64,000 nt of DNA from Promethearchaeota archaeon (GCA_048940445.1 JBHLON010000002.1:1-64000), one strand, 5' to 3'; counted from the first letter of the stretch, positions 20,030 through 30,958 are shown. Notes: a model not told the origin generated them from the sequence alone. Program-made: numbers and translations.

Positions 20030-20926
20030 ATGGAAAACAACGATGATCTAAATCAAAAACAAGTGAATACGATGCAAAAAGAAATAGAGATTAAAGAACT
20101 CAAAATAAAGACCCAAGAGCAAATTATAAAAACTAAAGATGAAATGATAGAAAACCTACAAAACTCCATAAATCTTAAAGAAGATCAAATCCAAACCCTT
20201 AAAGATTCTTTAAAGTTAAAATCTGAACAAGTAAATACTTTAGATAATTCAGTTAAAATTAAAAATGAAAAGATCCTCACGTTAGAAAAATCAATTGAAC
20301 TAAAAGAAAGACAATTAGATACGTTAAGTGATTCTACGGTTGATAAAAATGTCATACTTGAAAGAGATAAGATAATACAGGATCTTGAAACGAAAATTGA
20401 AGCTTTAGGTAAAGAATTGTCAACAGCAGATGAAGATTTAGAAGCATTGGAACAAGAGAACGAAAAGCTAAGGAATCAATTCGCTGCAGTTTCAGGAGCA
20501 AAAATAATCGACTGGACAGCGATTGAAATTCCTAAATCAAGAATCTTGGAAAAAATGAAGGAAATATTGATGAAAGCATTACATAATGTCACGATAGCTG
20601 TACCAAATATTAAGGATCTACAAAAGTTATATTTGTATGAAGTAAAATCCTCTGTTAATATGAAAATCTCATGTTTAATTGATCCTAGTTTAGAAGATGA
20701 TGCAGAACTTTTAGAAGAATTCGAGAGCCTTGATAATATTTCAATTCGAATGTATGAAGGCGAAGATAGATACATTATAGATAGAGATGGAGAAGAGTTA
20801 TTATTTGCAGTAATTGGTAAGAATGAGAGCAATCATTTAGTAATTCATACAAAGGATCCTAAACATTTGAAGCTATTTCGCTCCCTTGTTATGGAAAGTT
20901 GGCTTCGTTCCAGAAAGATAGAATAA
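20030..20926 (+). CDS. coiled-coil protein with C-terminal TrmB-effector/PLD-like domain
   Basis: 14-residue periodic heptads in the N-terminal 150 aa; ILMKALHNVTIAVP and IIDRDGEELLFA resemble a PLD-fold domain lacking HKD. Confidence 0.7.
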   Translation: MENNDDLNQKQVNTMQKEIEIKELKIKTQEQIIKTKDEMIENLQNSINLKEDQIQTLKDSLKLKSEQVNTLDNSVKIKNEKILTLEKSIELKERQLDTLSDSTVDKNVILERDKIIQDLETKIEALGKELSTADEDLEALEQENEKLRNQFAAVSGAKIIDWTAIEIPKSRILEKMKEILMKALHNVTIAVPNIKDLQKLYLYEVKSSVNMKISCLIDPSLEDDAELLEEFESLDNISIRMYEGEDRYIIDRDGEELLFAVIGKNESNHLVIHTKDPKHLKLFRSLVMESWLRSRKIE

Positions 20927-21013
20927 AATATAAACACCTCATCTAAATTATGGACAATTCATGCTAGTAACGTAGCACATATTACAATCTTTTACTCAAG
21001 ATGGTTTTAATAT

Positions 21014-21736
21014 CTAATAAATTGGGCACCTAATCCTTTCACATTTATCATTTAATTTCGAAAATAAGCACGCTTGAGGTCTATAATCTAGGTTCATGTT
21101 AAATTTCTCTTTTAGAAATTCTAAAGTTTCTTTGATTGTTAATTTAACAGATCTTTTACAACAATGCTCTAGATTATCTGAAATTTTGTTTAAAGATCGA
21201 GAAGTTGCTTCATTTGCAAGACTTCTAGGAATATTAGTTGATGGTGTTGCTCCGGTAAATAAACTGACTGTAATCCCAGATCCCATGCCTGCACCACATG
21301 ATCCATAAAAGCCACACCAACCTCCCGGTATTTTTGAGGCTCTCCTTATTGCTTCCTTAATATCAAATAGATTAATCTCATCCCCATTTGACTTTTTTAT
21401 TTTATTATTTTTCAATGCTGTTAAAATAACGGTTGGCACTAAAACATGATGTTCTGGTCCATACATCTTAAATTTTGGATGCTTCATGATTATATCTGCC
21501 AATTTAAATGGATCTTTAATAGACGTACTCTCACAGATTTCTTCAATTATTTCAATAGGATCTTTCATATGGCAAATATCGCATATAAAATGGTCATTTT
21601 CGCAATATATGTTAGTAGTAAATACATTACAACAAAATTCACATTTTAATTTTTTATGATCACTGGCTTCTGTAGCATAAACTAACGATCCTCCACAAAT
21701 CTCGCAAATATCTTTTCTTTTTTCCATCTCAATCAC
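21014..21736 (-). CDS. cysteine-rich DUF5714-like protein
   Basis: N-terminal Cys clusters, GPEHH, GGWCGFYGSCGA, CCKRS. Confidence 0.75.
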   Translation of the reverse strand: MIEMEKRKDICEICGGSLVYATEASDHKKLKCEFCCNVFTTNIYCENDHFICDICHMKDPIEIIEEICESTSIKDPFKLADIIMKHPKFKMYGPEHHVLVPTVILTALKNNKIKKSNGDEINLFDIKEAIRRASKIPGGWCGFYGSCGAGMGSGITVSLFTGATPSTNIPRSLANEATSRSLNKISDNLEHCCKRSVKLTIKETLEFLKEKFNMNLDYRPQACLFSKLNDKCERIRCPIY

Positions 21737-21773
21737 TTTAGCATAAAATCATTAAACATATAAAATATATACA

Positions 21774-22625
21774 TTAAATTTCAACAAATTTTAATTTTCT
21801 TTTTTCGAAAAAGGCTAAATAATTATACCCAATTTCTTCAATCAATTTAATAATATTTATAAATTCAAAACCTAATTCATCAGGATGATGTGCATCGGAA
21901 CCAAGCAATAGAGGGATATCTAATTCATACATTTTTCTTAAAATATTCTCATTTGGATATTGTTCTTTAATAGGTTTTCTTAAACCGCTGGAATTTACTT
22001 CAATTACAAGATTCTTTTTCTTGACTAGTTCTAAGATTTTAATAACCTGATCATCAATTTTTTCTGAATTTTCTGGTCGTTTATTAAACTTTTTGGGCAA
22101 ATCGAAATGACTTATGATATTAAAATTAAATTCTGTTGAAGTAATCATATTCTCTAATGTATGATAATAATCTAAGTATAAATCTTCTACGTTATCATAC
22201 AAATCATAATTATTCAAAAATCTACTATCATCAAAGGCGAAAAATCCATGTTTTCCTAGAAGAATATGAACAGAGCCTAGTACATAATCCAATCTCTTAA
22301 TATATTTATTAAGGTATTTTTTATGTGCACTAGTTTGATGTTCTATAAAATCTAATTCGAAGCCAATTTTAATATCAATCTTTCCCTCATAAATAGATCT
22401 TAGTCTTTCAACCCCAGAAATGTAATTTTCTATTTCGCTTACTAACATACCATATTCTTCATATGGTATCTGTTCAATGCCTTTAAGGAATTCATAGGGA
22501 AAGTGATCACTAAATCCAATTAAATCTAAATCTAATTCAATTGCCCTCTTAACGTAATCATTGACTGTTCCAGAAGCGTGCCTACACAGTGAATTATGTG
22601 TGTGCCAATCTTGCAAAAGACACAT
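21774..22625 (-). CDS. hisK: histidinol-phosphatase HisJ/HisK family (PHP domain)
   Basis: DWHTH, CRHA, GFSDH, GFELD, LGSVH, SHFD, EVNSSG, GSDAH. Confidence 0.85.
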   Translation of the reverse strand: MCLLQDWHTHNSLCRHASGTVNDYVKRAIELDLDLIGFSDHFPYEFLKGIEQIPYEEYGMLVSEIENYISGVERLRSIYEGKIDIKIGFELDFIEHQTSAHKKYLNKYIKRLDYVLGSVHILLGKHGFFAFDDSRFLNNYDLYDNVEDLYLDYYHTLENMITSTEFNFNIISHFDLPKKFNKRPENSEKIDDQVIKILELVKKKNLVIEVNSSGLRKPIKEQYPNENILRKMYELDIPLLLGSDAHHPDELGFEFINIIKLIEEIGYNYLAFFEKRKLKFVEI

Positions 22626-22687
22626 TATTTAACTCTATTAAATAAATAAGATAAAACTTATTATTACATAATAAAGGTGTAATAGAT

Positions 22688-23497
22688 TTGGAATTTAAAG
22701 AAAAGCAATATGATGGAACTTATGAAATTTCAGAGGTTGAAATTCAAAATGAAGGTCAAATTATCAGAGGAATTCTCTACTTTCCCCCGGAATCTTTTAC
22801 AAGACCTTATCCTTTAATAATTTACTTTCATGATTTTCCTCAACTCTTCACTTTGAAAGAAATTGTAATTGAACATCATTATTTATTAGAATTAGGTTTT
22901 GCTTTTCTTGTTTTCAATCGTAGAGGATATAATTATAGTGAAGGCTCAGTATCGATAGAATCTCAAGTCTCTGATTCTTTAAAAGTAATAAAATTTGTAC
23001 AAATCATGTCAAAAAATGACAATTTTGATATATATGATACAAATATTTTGGCTAAAGGTTTTGGAAGCTATATTGCATTAAATCTTTGCTCACAAATCCA
23101 ATTTATAAATAAATTATTACTATTAAGCCCAATCTTAGATTTAGAAAAACGCGTAAATAATGAGAACTTCTTAAGATCTCTTAATTATATTAATCGATTT
23201 CTTCCTGGTCATATTAAGGGAATTGAGAATGTTAATCTATTTATTGAAATGACTAAAGCTGAATTAGAGCAGAAGAAATATAATATCTACGATTTTATTA
23301 ACTCTATTAAATATAATCAATTAAAAATAATTCTGGGAGATTTAGATAAAGTTACCCCCTTAAGTGAAGTTAAACAGATACTAAAAAATCATTTGAAGAA
23401 CCTTGAATTAGTGATAATTGCTAATATGGACCATGATTGTATCGAAGATAATGATTTTACTAGAATAAATAAAGAAATAAAGAAGTTTTTTCAATAA
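22688..23497 (+). CDS. alpha/beta hydrolase fold protein, probably catalytically inactive
   Basis: FNRRGYNYSEG, GDLDKV and MDHD present, but the nucleophile elbow reads AKGFG rather than GxSxG. Confidence 0.75.
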   Translation: MEFKEKQYDGTYEISEVEIQNEGQIIRGILYFPPESFTRPYPLIIYFHDFPQLFTLKEIVIEHHYLLELGFAFLVFNRRGYNYSEGSVSIESQVSDSLKVIKFVQIMSKNDNFDIYDTNILAKGFGSYIALNLCSQIQFINKLLLLSPILDLEKRVNNENFLRSLNYINRFLPGHIKGIENVNLFIEMTKAELEQKKYNIYDFINSIKYNQLKIILGDLDKVTPLSEVKQILKNHLKNLELVIIANMDHDCIEDNDFTRINKEIKKFFQ

Positions 23498-23625
23498 ATT
23501 TTGCCCTATCAACTATTATTAATGAAAACCAAAATTATGTTTGTTTTTATATATAAGGCAAAATTTTTTAAGATTAGAAAAAAATCCTATTACTTAACAT
23601 CAGTAAGAATAATTTATTTTTTAGG

Positions 23626-26600
23626 GTGCGAAAAAGTTTGAGTTCCATTAAAAAACTATCTAGTCTGAATTTCTCCAATTTATTAGGAGATGATCAAAAA
23701 CTGGTTTTTCTTGTAGGAGCTGGATCATCAATAGATTCACCTTCTTTAATGCCTAGTGCCCATGAAATTATGAAAAGTCTCATTAAATTTTCAAGTGCTC
23801 CTTCAGAAATAGAAAAGATAAATCAGATTGAGGAATTGAAGTTCGAGACATTATTAGAAATTTTTTACGAAACGATGGATAATGAACTTTTATTTGCAGA
23901 CTTATATCTGCAAAATAATATCCCCAATGTTGTGCATTTTTTTCTAGTAGAAATGGCTGAAAGAGGGCACTTTATCATGACAGCTAATTTTGATTCACTT
24001 ATTGAGTATGCGATGATAAAGGCTGAGATTCAAAAAAAAAGAATTATTCCTGTTATTACAGAGAAAGATTATGAAAAGTATTATGATCCAGAAAAATTGT
24101 ATAAAGGAGGAAAATATGCGATATATAAAATTCATAGCTCTCCAAAAAATATCATTACAGGTGAAGATACTAAAACTGCTTTTATTAATACTATAAGGTT
24201 ATTAGGACAAAATTACGATAAAAATAATTTGGTACAATTAGAACCTTTTAAAGCTCAAGTATTTGACCATATCTCAAAAGATCGAACTTTAGTAATTATT
24301 GGATATTCAGGGAAAAATGATTTTGATATTAGATCTACACTTAAAATAATGAAATCCTTGAAAAATCTAATTTGGATAAATCATTTAACTTCTTATACCA
24401 TAAAAGAAGAGGTTTATGAAATCGAACTTCCTAAAAAAGAGGTAAAAAATTTAGATGAATTAGATGCTTTCCTACTAGACGTTAAACAATTAAACGATTC
24501 AGTTAATGTCTATAGAATGGATACTCATACAAGTAAATTGTTAGAGAAATATTTGGAAAAGAAAGATCTAATATCCTCTGAAAAGTTTTCTTTTGACTTA
24601 ATGGGGTGGCTTCAAGAAAATATTACAAAGCCCGGTGAAATAAAGAAATCATATTTTTCCTTTAAAATATTTCATGAAACTAAACAATATAATGACGCAT
24701 TGAGATGTTTGGAAAGAATTTATCGCATGGCAGATGAAGCAGGAGATGATTTGTGGAGAGCAATATCATTATTGAATATGGGTATTATTAATCAAGAACA
24801 AGAAAAATATGATAAAGCTCTTGAATGGTTAAAAAAATCGCTACAAGCACAAATTAAACTTAAGAATGTTGAACAAAAAGTAGCCATTTTTAAAAATATT
24901 GGAATTGTTTATAGTAATTTAAAAAACTTCGAGGAAGCACATAAATATTTAATGCAAGCTTTAAAGGCAAACGAAAAACTTAAAAATCTTTCTACTAAGG
25001 CAGAAATAATTAACAATATTGGTTTATTATTTCAAAAACAAGGTAATTATATCGAAGCTTTAAAACAATTCGAAAATGCGTATAAAATTAATGAAAAACT
25101 TCTAGATTTAAGACAAAAGGCTCTCAATCTTAAAAGTATGGGCAATCTATATCTATTAAAAGAAAACTACCCTGAAGCATTGAGATTTTATGAAGAAGCT
25201 TTTGAAATTAATGATCAATTGGAAAATTTAAAAGATAAAGCTCAAATACTCAATACTTTAGGATATATTTATCACTTAAAAGATGATTCTTTAATAGGTT
25301 TAGAAAAGTGTTATGAAGCTCTTGAGATATTTAATAAATTACAAATTAATGATGGAAGTATAAACTCACTTCGAAATATTGGTATAATTTATAGAGATCA
25401 ATGGAATTATTCTAAAGCTTTAGAAAGCTTTGAAGAAGCCTATCAATTGGCTGAGGAAATTGGAGATGTGGAAAAGAAGGGAGAACTATCCAATCAAATT
25501 GGGCTCATTTTTCAAAAGCAAGATAAATTTACGGATGCTTTAGAATGGTTTGAGAAATCATTGGGAATTTTTGAGAAATTAGAAAATCTTAAAGGAGAAG
25601 TTGAAGTTCTAAAGAATATTGGTTTGATTTATAAGGATAAGAGAAATTTCTCAAAATCATTAACTATCTTTAATCAAGTAATAAAAATTTACGAGCAATT
25701 AAAATATAAAAATAGCAAAGCAGATTATCTAAATGTGATAGGATTAATACATTTAGAACAACGTAACTTTACAGATACTTTGCGAAATTTCCAAGATGCA
25801 TTAAATATTTATACAGAATTAAATAATCGAGAAGGAATTGCTGATACATTAAAAAATATAGGAACATTTTATCAAGAACAAGCAAACTTTTCTGATTCTC
25901 TAAATAGATACAATGATGCCCTTAACATTTTTGAAGAATTAGAAATAGAAGATAAAATGGCAGAGCTTTTAACTAAGATTGGTACAATACATCAAGATCA
26001 AGGGAATTATCAAGAAGCTGCTAAACTATTTAATAAAGCACTTGCAATTTTTGATCAGTCAAAAAATTTAGAAGGTAAAATAGATACCCTTCATAATATT
26101 GGTCTAAATTTCCATTATCAAGGAGATGATACAGCTGCTTTGGAGAATTTGGATGATGCGGTTAAGATATGCGAACAAATTGGAAATCTACAAAAGAAGT
26201 CTAGCTGTCTTATCTTTGTTGGAAATATCTATAAAGATCAGTGGAACTTTTTAGAAGCTTTAAGAAGATTTGAAGAAGCATTATTGATTGTCGAACAACT
26301 TGGGAATCTCCAAAAACAACTTGAAATTTTAAATATTATTGGAAAAATTTATCAAACTCAAAAGCATTATCCAGAAGCCATAAGGAGATTTCAAGAGGCC
26401 CTTTATGTTGCAGAACAAATCGGAAATCTAGAAATAAAAGCAGATGTATTGAATAGTATAGGAGATATCTATTTTGATGAAGAAAGCTATACTGAAAGCC
26501 TTAAGTGGTATGAGGATGCCCTCAAAATAGATGAACAATTAGCAAATCTGAAGGGAAAATCAATGCGTTTGACTAATATTGGTAAAATCTATTTAATTCG

Positions 26601-27693
26601 GAAAAATTATCCTGAAGTGTTAAAAAGATATAAAGAAGCATTAGATATTGAAGAAAGACTAGGAAATTTAACACGAAAGGCAACTATACTACGGAATATA
26701 GGAATGATTTATTTTAATCAACAATATTATTCAGAAGCACTAAAATGGTTTGAAGATGCTTATACAGGATTTTCAGAAATTGAAAATCTGGAAGGTGTAA
26801 CTGATTGCTTTAATAGTATTGGATTACTTTATAAAGATCAAGGGGAATTTAAGGATGCTCTTAAATGGTATGAAGAAGCTCTAAAAATTTCTGATAAGAT
26901 CTATGATTATGACAGAAAAGCGAATTTATTAAATGAAATTGGATTAATTTTCTATCAACGTGGTGTTTATAAGGATGCGATCAAGCGATATAAGCAAGCA
27001 TTAGAAATTTTTGAGAAAACTGGAAATCTTATTGGTAGAACTTTCAGTTTAAATAAAATTGGTTTAATATATCAAGATCAAGGTAATTATAATGAAGCAA
27101 TAAACTACTATGATAGAGCAATTAAGTTTTTTAAAGTTTTAGAGGATTCTAACGAAAAAGCTGAAAATCTATTTAATAAAGCATTGATTTATCGAGATCA
27201 GGGAGTATATCTTGATGCCCTGAAAAGTTTTGAAGCAGCTTTAACAATTGATGATAAACTTGGCAATCCTGAACGTAAAGCAGAAAGCCTGAATAATATA
27301 GGATTAATTTATTTAGATGAAGGAAATTATACCGTTGCTTCGAAGAGATTTGAAGACGCTATTGCAATTGCAGCCCATTTAAATAATGATGAATTGAAGG
27401 CAAAATACTTAAACAATTTAGTCTTAATATATTTAAACCAGGGAGATTATACTCAAGCTTGGAAATCTTGTAATGAAGCACTTAAGATTTTTGAGGAATT
27501 AACAAATTATAAAGGTATAGCGGAAACAAATTATAAAATGGGATTAATTTATTTAGATCAAAAGAGTTATACGGAAGCTTTAAACAGGCATGAAGAAGCA
27601 CTTAATATTCTCAATGATAATCATTTAGGTAAACTTCCATTAGCTAAAGTGCTAAAAAGTAATATAAAAACCATTAAAAACTACATTAAATAA
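23626..27693 (+). CDS. SIR2-like (SIR2_2) domain protein with long TPR array
   Basis: FLVGAGSS, TANFD, YKIHSS, IIGYSGKND; then roughly two dozen 40-aa TPR repeats. Confidence 0.9.
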   Translation: MRKSLSSIKKLSSLNFSNLLGDDQKLVFLVGAGSSIDSPSLMPSAHEIMKSLIKFSSAPSEIEKINQIEELKFETLLEIFYETMDNELLFADLYLQNNIPNVVHFFLVEMAERGHFIMTANFDSLIEYAMIKAEIQKKRIIPVITEKDYEKYYDPEKLYKGGKYAIYKIHSSPKNIITGEDTKTAFINTIRLLGQNYDKNNLVQLEPFKAQVFDHISKDRTLVIIGYSGKNDFDIRSTLKIMKSLKNLIWINHLTSYTIKEEVYEIELPKKEVKNLDELDAFLLDVKQLNDSVNVYRMDTHTSKLLEKYLEKKDLISSEKFSFDLMGWLQENITKPGEIKKSYFSFKIFHETKQYNDALRCLERIYRMADEAGDDLWRAISLLNMGIINQEQEKYDKALEWLKKSLQAQIKLKNVEQKVAIFKNIGIVYSNLKNFEEAHKYLMQALKANEKLKNLSTKAEIINNIGLLFQKQGNYIEALKQFENAYKINEKLLDLRQKALNLKSMGNLYLLKENYPEALRFYEEAFEINDQLENLKDKAQILNTLGYIYHLKDDSLIGLEKCYEALEIFNKLQINDGSINSLRNIGIIYRDQWNYSKALESFEEAYQLAEEIGDVEKKGELSNQIGLIFQKQDKFTDALEWFEKSLGIFEKLENLKGEVEVLKNIGLIYKDKRNFSKSLTIFNQVIKIYEQLKYKNSKADYLNVIGLIHLEQRNFTDTLRNFQDALNIYTELNNREGIADTLKNIGTFYQEQANFSDSLNRYNDALNIFEELEIEDKMAELLTKIGTIHQDQGNYQEAAKLFNKALAIFDQSKNLEGKIDTLHNIGLNFHYQGDDTAALENLDDAVKICEQIGNLQKKSSCLIFVGNIYKDQWNFLEALRRFEEALLIVEQLGNLQKQLEILNIIGKIYQTQKHYPEAIRRFQEALYVAEQIGNLEIKADVLNSIGDIYFDEESYTESLKWYEDALKIDEQLANLKGKSMRLTNIGKIYLIRKNYPEVLKRYKEALDIEERLGNLTRKATILRNIGMIYFNQQYYSEALKWFEDAYTGFSEIENLEGVTDCFNSIGLLYKDQGEFKDALKWYEEALKISDKIYDYDRKANLLNEIGLIFYQRGVYKDAIKRYKQALEIFEKTGNLIGRTFSLNKIGLIYQDQGNYNEAINYYDRAIKFFKVLEDSNEKAENLFNKALIYRDQGVYLDALKSFEAALTIDDKLGNPERKAESLNNIGLIYLDEGNYTVASKRFEDAIAIAAHLNNDELKAKYLNNLVLIYLNQGDYTQAWKSCNEALKIFEELTNYKGIAETNYKMGLIYLDQKSYTEALNRHEEALNILNDNHLGKLPLAKVLKSNIKTIKNYIK

Positions 27694-27711
27694 TCATTAT
27701 ACTAATCTTTT

Positions 27712-28548
27712 TTATTTTTCTTGAATTTCTAATTCAGTCTTATAATACAGCTTACCTGTTCTGAGTTTTTTACTAATAAATGGTAAAATTTTATCCAATA
27801 ATAAGTATAAGTATGGAGCTCCCTGATTAAATAAGATGAGAGTTTCATATAATAAAAAAGTAAACCCCGCAGGCCTAATTCCTGAAATAAGTAATGGAAA
27901 TTCCATAAAAAAAGATCCAAGGCAACCTAATAAAAATATATATCCGATTACTTTAGGATCTTTTGATTTAAATCTATTAGTACCATATATTATAATTAAA
28001 ATTGAGTATCCGATAACAACATTTACAATCCATATTATCATTTGTGTATCCATGTGTCTGACAGTAAAGACAACCGTATTATCAAGATCAACTAGGTTTG
28101 ATAAAATGGGGACTAATAACCATGATCCAAAAAAAATAAGAGTATATTTGATCATTTCTTTGTAATACTTATTTATATAATTCTGTACCATAATCCAAAA
28201 CCATGAAAATATGAACATAGAGTAAGAGATAGTCATCATAAAATCCGCCCCAAACTTTAACAACCAAAATTCACCGATAGGATGCGGCATTTTGATTCCT
28301 CCAATCCAATATTCTCTTATAGTTGTACCAAGAGGATAATTAATACCCGCGGGGGCGTTCCACCACCATACCGCATCTATAATGTATACACATATCCCTG
28401 TAATTAATCCAAATTTCAATGGATTCCATTTTTTATTTTTGATTAATAATGAAATCCATATTGTTAAAAATATTAAATCAATATAAATGTAATCATATTC
28501 GAACTTCCTTGATACTTCATTAAAAGATTGGAGAGCGGTATTTAACAA
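27712..28548 (-). CDS. hypothetical multi-pass membrane protein
   Basis: About 7 hydrophobic segments; no recognised motif. Confidence 0.7.
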   Translation of the reverse strand: MLNTALQSFNEVSRKFEYDYIYIDLIFLTIWISLLIKNKKWNPLKFGLITGICVYIIDAVWWWNAPAGINYPLGTTIREYWIGGIKMPHPIGEFWLLKFGADFMMTISYSMFIFSWFWIMVQNYINKYYKEMIKYTLIFFGSWLLVPILSNLVDLDNTVVFTVRHMDTQMIIWIVNVVIGYSILIIIYGTNRFKSKDPKVIGYIFLLGCLGSFFMEFPLLISGIRPAGFTFLLYETLILFNQGAPYLYLLLDKILPFISKKLRTGKLYYKTELEIQEK

Positions 28549-28664
28549 TCTGATTCTCCTGAGTCACAACTTAAGTACAATGAACTTAATTATATCAAAA
28601 TGGCAAGCCTTTTAAAGAGAATGCGATGATTAAACTAATCAAAATTAGGATAGTGGTAAGAATA

Positions 28665-29327
28665 TTAAGGACGATTTTGCATCATATAATTTTTAATATA
28701 GTCTTTAACTTTATTTGCGGGTTGAATAATACCAAAATGCCCTTCACATAAAATATCTGCTTTTAACTCTAACAATTTCTGCATAGAAATTTGATAATCA
28801 CTCAGATTTGATCTAAAACTAGCCATAAATGGGCCATGAATATCTTGACCGAATAAAACTTTAGTTCCTTCAATTTCAATAAACACTGAAATTGAACCAG
28901 GAGTATGACCAGGTGTGTGAATACATCGAAAATCTATGTCACCGAACTTTAATATCTCAACTTCTAGCTTTAATCGCTTCTCCAATTTAATCGGTCTATA
29001 TTTAATCCCATACCATAGAGCAGCGGTTTCTTCATTATGACCTTTTTCTTCAATTGCATTTGCATCTAATTCATGTGCATAAAATTTTACCTTACTGTTA
29101 AATTGTTTTAGATCAAAACAAGCTGCAATGTGGTCAATATGGAAATGAGTTAAGATACAATGCTTTATATTCATTGGATTTAAATCTAATTTTGTAATAT
29201 TCTTAATATTTTGAAGACTCATCCCGCAATCAATTAATACAAGACCATCATTACTCTTAGTATTAACTAAAAATACTGAACAACCTGAATCACCTACATA
29301 ATATACATTATTAATAATTTCTTTCAA
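28665..29327 (-). CDS. MBL-fold metallo-hydrolase (glyoxalase II-like)
   Basis: LIDCG, THFHIDH, TPGHTPGS, FGQD, EGH. Confidence 0.88.
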   Translation of the reverse strand: MKEIINNVYYVGDSGCSVFLVNTKSNDGLVLIDCGMSLQNIKNITKLDLNPMNIKHCILTHFHIDHIAACFDLKQFNSKVKFYAHELDANAIEEKGHNEETAALWYGIKYRPIKLEKRLKLEVEILKFGDIDFRCIHTPGHTPGSISVFIEIEGTKVLFGQDIHGPFMASFRSNLSDYQISMQKLLELKADILCEGHFGIIQPANKVKDYIKNYMMQNRP

Positions 29328-29340
29328 ATCCCATCACTAA

Positions 29341-30138
29341 TTAAGGTTCTCTATTCGAATAAATTTTTCTGTACAGAAATATAGTTATAATTGAGGCAAA
29401 TCCCGTAGAAAATAAAACATCAGAAGCATAATGAGCTCCTATAATAATTCTAGATAATGCTACAAACATACCCCACCCAAAAATCGAGAGAGCTAATAGC
29501 ATTCTTAACCAAACATTAATCTTTCTATCTCTAAAATGTATCATGAAAGGTAAAAACATCCATCCCATTGCTGCATGACCACTAGGGAAACTGAAATTGC
29601 CAGTAATACCAAGTGGAATAAACCATGGTGTAAAGTTTGAATAATTAATAGCAAGATTTCGAAAGCGAATTCTTCCCCAGAATAGTTTCATTAATTGAAC
29701 TAATAAAAAAGGATTAATTATTGCTAGAAATGATATTACAGCTGAAAGTTTTCTATAATCTCCCCAGTCTTTATTCCATGTAAAACCTAAATACAAAAGA
29801 GGAACAATGATTAAGCCACTTCCTAAAGAAATATCTGTATTATTATTATTAAAAACACCAAGTATCAATTTTACCGCTCCTGTAATTATGGCTAATATAA
29901 TCGGAGTTTTTTGCCTTTTAGTATCTTTTATGTAACTTCCTAAATACGTGGTTAGGGATATAGCAATTAATATATAACCTGGAACTTCTCCATAATTTGC
30001 ACCGAAGTTGCCCCAACTTGATTGCTCATCTATTAATATAATAGAAATTTGTAGATCATAAATCCCAAATAGGGAAGCTAGGATGATCCAAATAAATATT
30101 AGCAAGATCAATAGTTTTATAGAATTAGTAAATTTCAT
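29341..30138 (-). CDS. PAP2 family membrane phosphatase
   Basis: KLFWGRIR, SFPSGH, SRIIIGAHYASD. Confidence 0.9.
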   Translation of the reverse strand: MKFTNSIKLLILLIFIWIILASLFGIYDLQISIILIDEQSSWGNFGANYGEVPGYILIAISLTTYLGSYIKDTKRQKTPIILAIITGAVKLILGVFNNNNTDISLGSGLIIVPLLYLGFTWNKDWGDYRKLSAVISFLAIINPFLLVQLMKLFWGRIRFRNLAINYSNFTPWFIPLGITGNFSFPSGHAAMGWMFLPFMIHFRDRKINVWLRMLLALSIFGWGMFVALSRIIIGAHYASDVLFSTGFASIITIFLYRKIYSNREP

Positions 30139-30214
30139 CTAAAATCAATATTTTTTATTTTTTATCTGATATTAGATAATGATCTATTTAATTATTATTC
30201 TTAAACCTTTTTGA

Positions 30215-30958
30215 TTATGAATAATGCTTATCTATTAGCTTAATTAGAACATCTGGATAATCTGTATAAATAGCATTTACGATTTCATCATTATACTTTA
30301 GATTCAAGGCATCTTTCATTTGTCTTTTTGAATTTACACCCCAAATATAGCACTTTAATCCATTATCAATGATTTCTTTAAAATTATCTTTAATGCGATG
30401 TCCAATTCTAATGTTTATCCCTTCAACCTTTAAATCTTTTAATTGTTCAAAATTAACTGATAACTGATTCACTCTAATAATCCATGTTGGAATAGTATTT
30501 ACTATTTTTACATCTTCAGCATAGTCTCTAATTTCTTTCAATATATTTATTCGCATATCTGTAATTGTAATTTGCATTAATTTATCAAAAGATTTCGCGA
30601 TCTTAATGATTTCAAAACCAGAATTTTTATCTCTTATGTCAAAACTATACTTTAAGTTCTTGTAATTCTCATCAAAGGTTGAGAATAATTGATGCACAGT
30701 TGGAATGGTTCTTTTATCCTTAAATTTAATACTTAATAATTTCTTTAATGTTAGATTTTTAATATAATGGGATTTTGAATTTATTCTTAGATAGTAATCA
30801 TGAAAACAAATAAGAATGTTATCTTCTGTTAATTGTACATCAGTTTCAATTCCAGCACCCATTTTAACTGCTTTTTTAAAACAAGGGATGGTGTTTTCAA
30901 TACAATAACCCATGGCCCCTCTATGACCATATACTGTGGGTTTTACAAAATTACTCAT
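30215..30958 (-). CDS. glycerophosphodiester phosphodiesterase
   Basis: GHRGA, ENT, ETDV, FHD, WGVN, TDYP. Confidence 0.9.
   Translation of the reverse strand: MSNFVKPTVYGHRGAMGYCIENTIPCFKKAVKMGAGIETDVQLTEDNILICFHDYYLRINSKSHYIKNLTLKKLLSIKFKDKRTIPTVHQLFSTFDENYKNLKYSFDIRDKNSGFEIIKIAKSFDKLMQITITDMRINILKEIRDYAEDVKIVNTIPTWIIRVNQLSVNFEQLKDLKVEGINIRIGHRIKDNFKEIIDNGLKCYIWGVNSKRQMKDALNLKYNDEIVNAIYTDYPDVLIKLIDKHYS

Noticed and set aside
24660-27620. Roughly 120-bp periodicity as a DNA repeat array
   Set aside because: Explained by degenerate 40-aa TPR coding repeats
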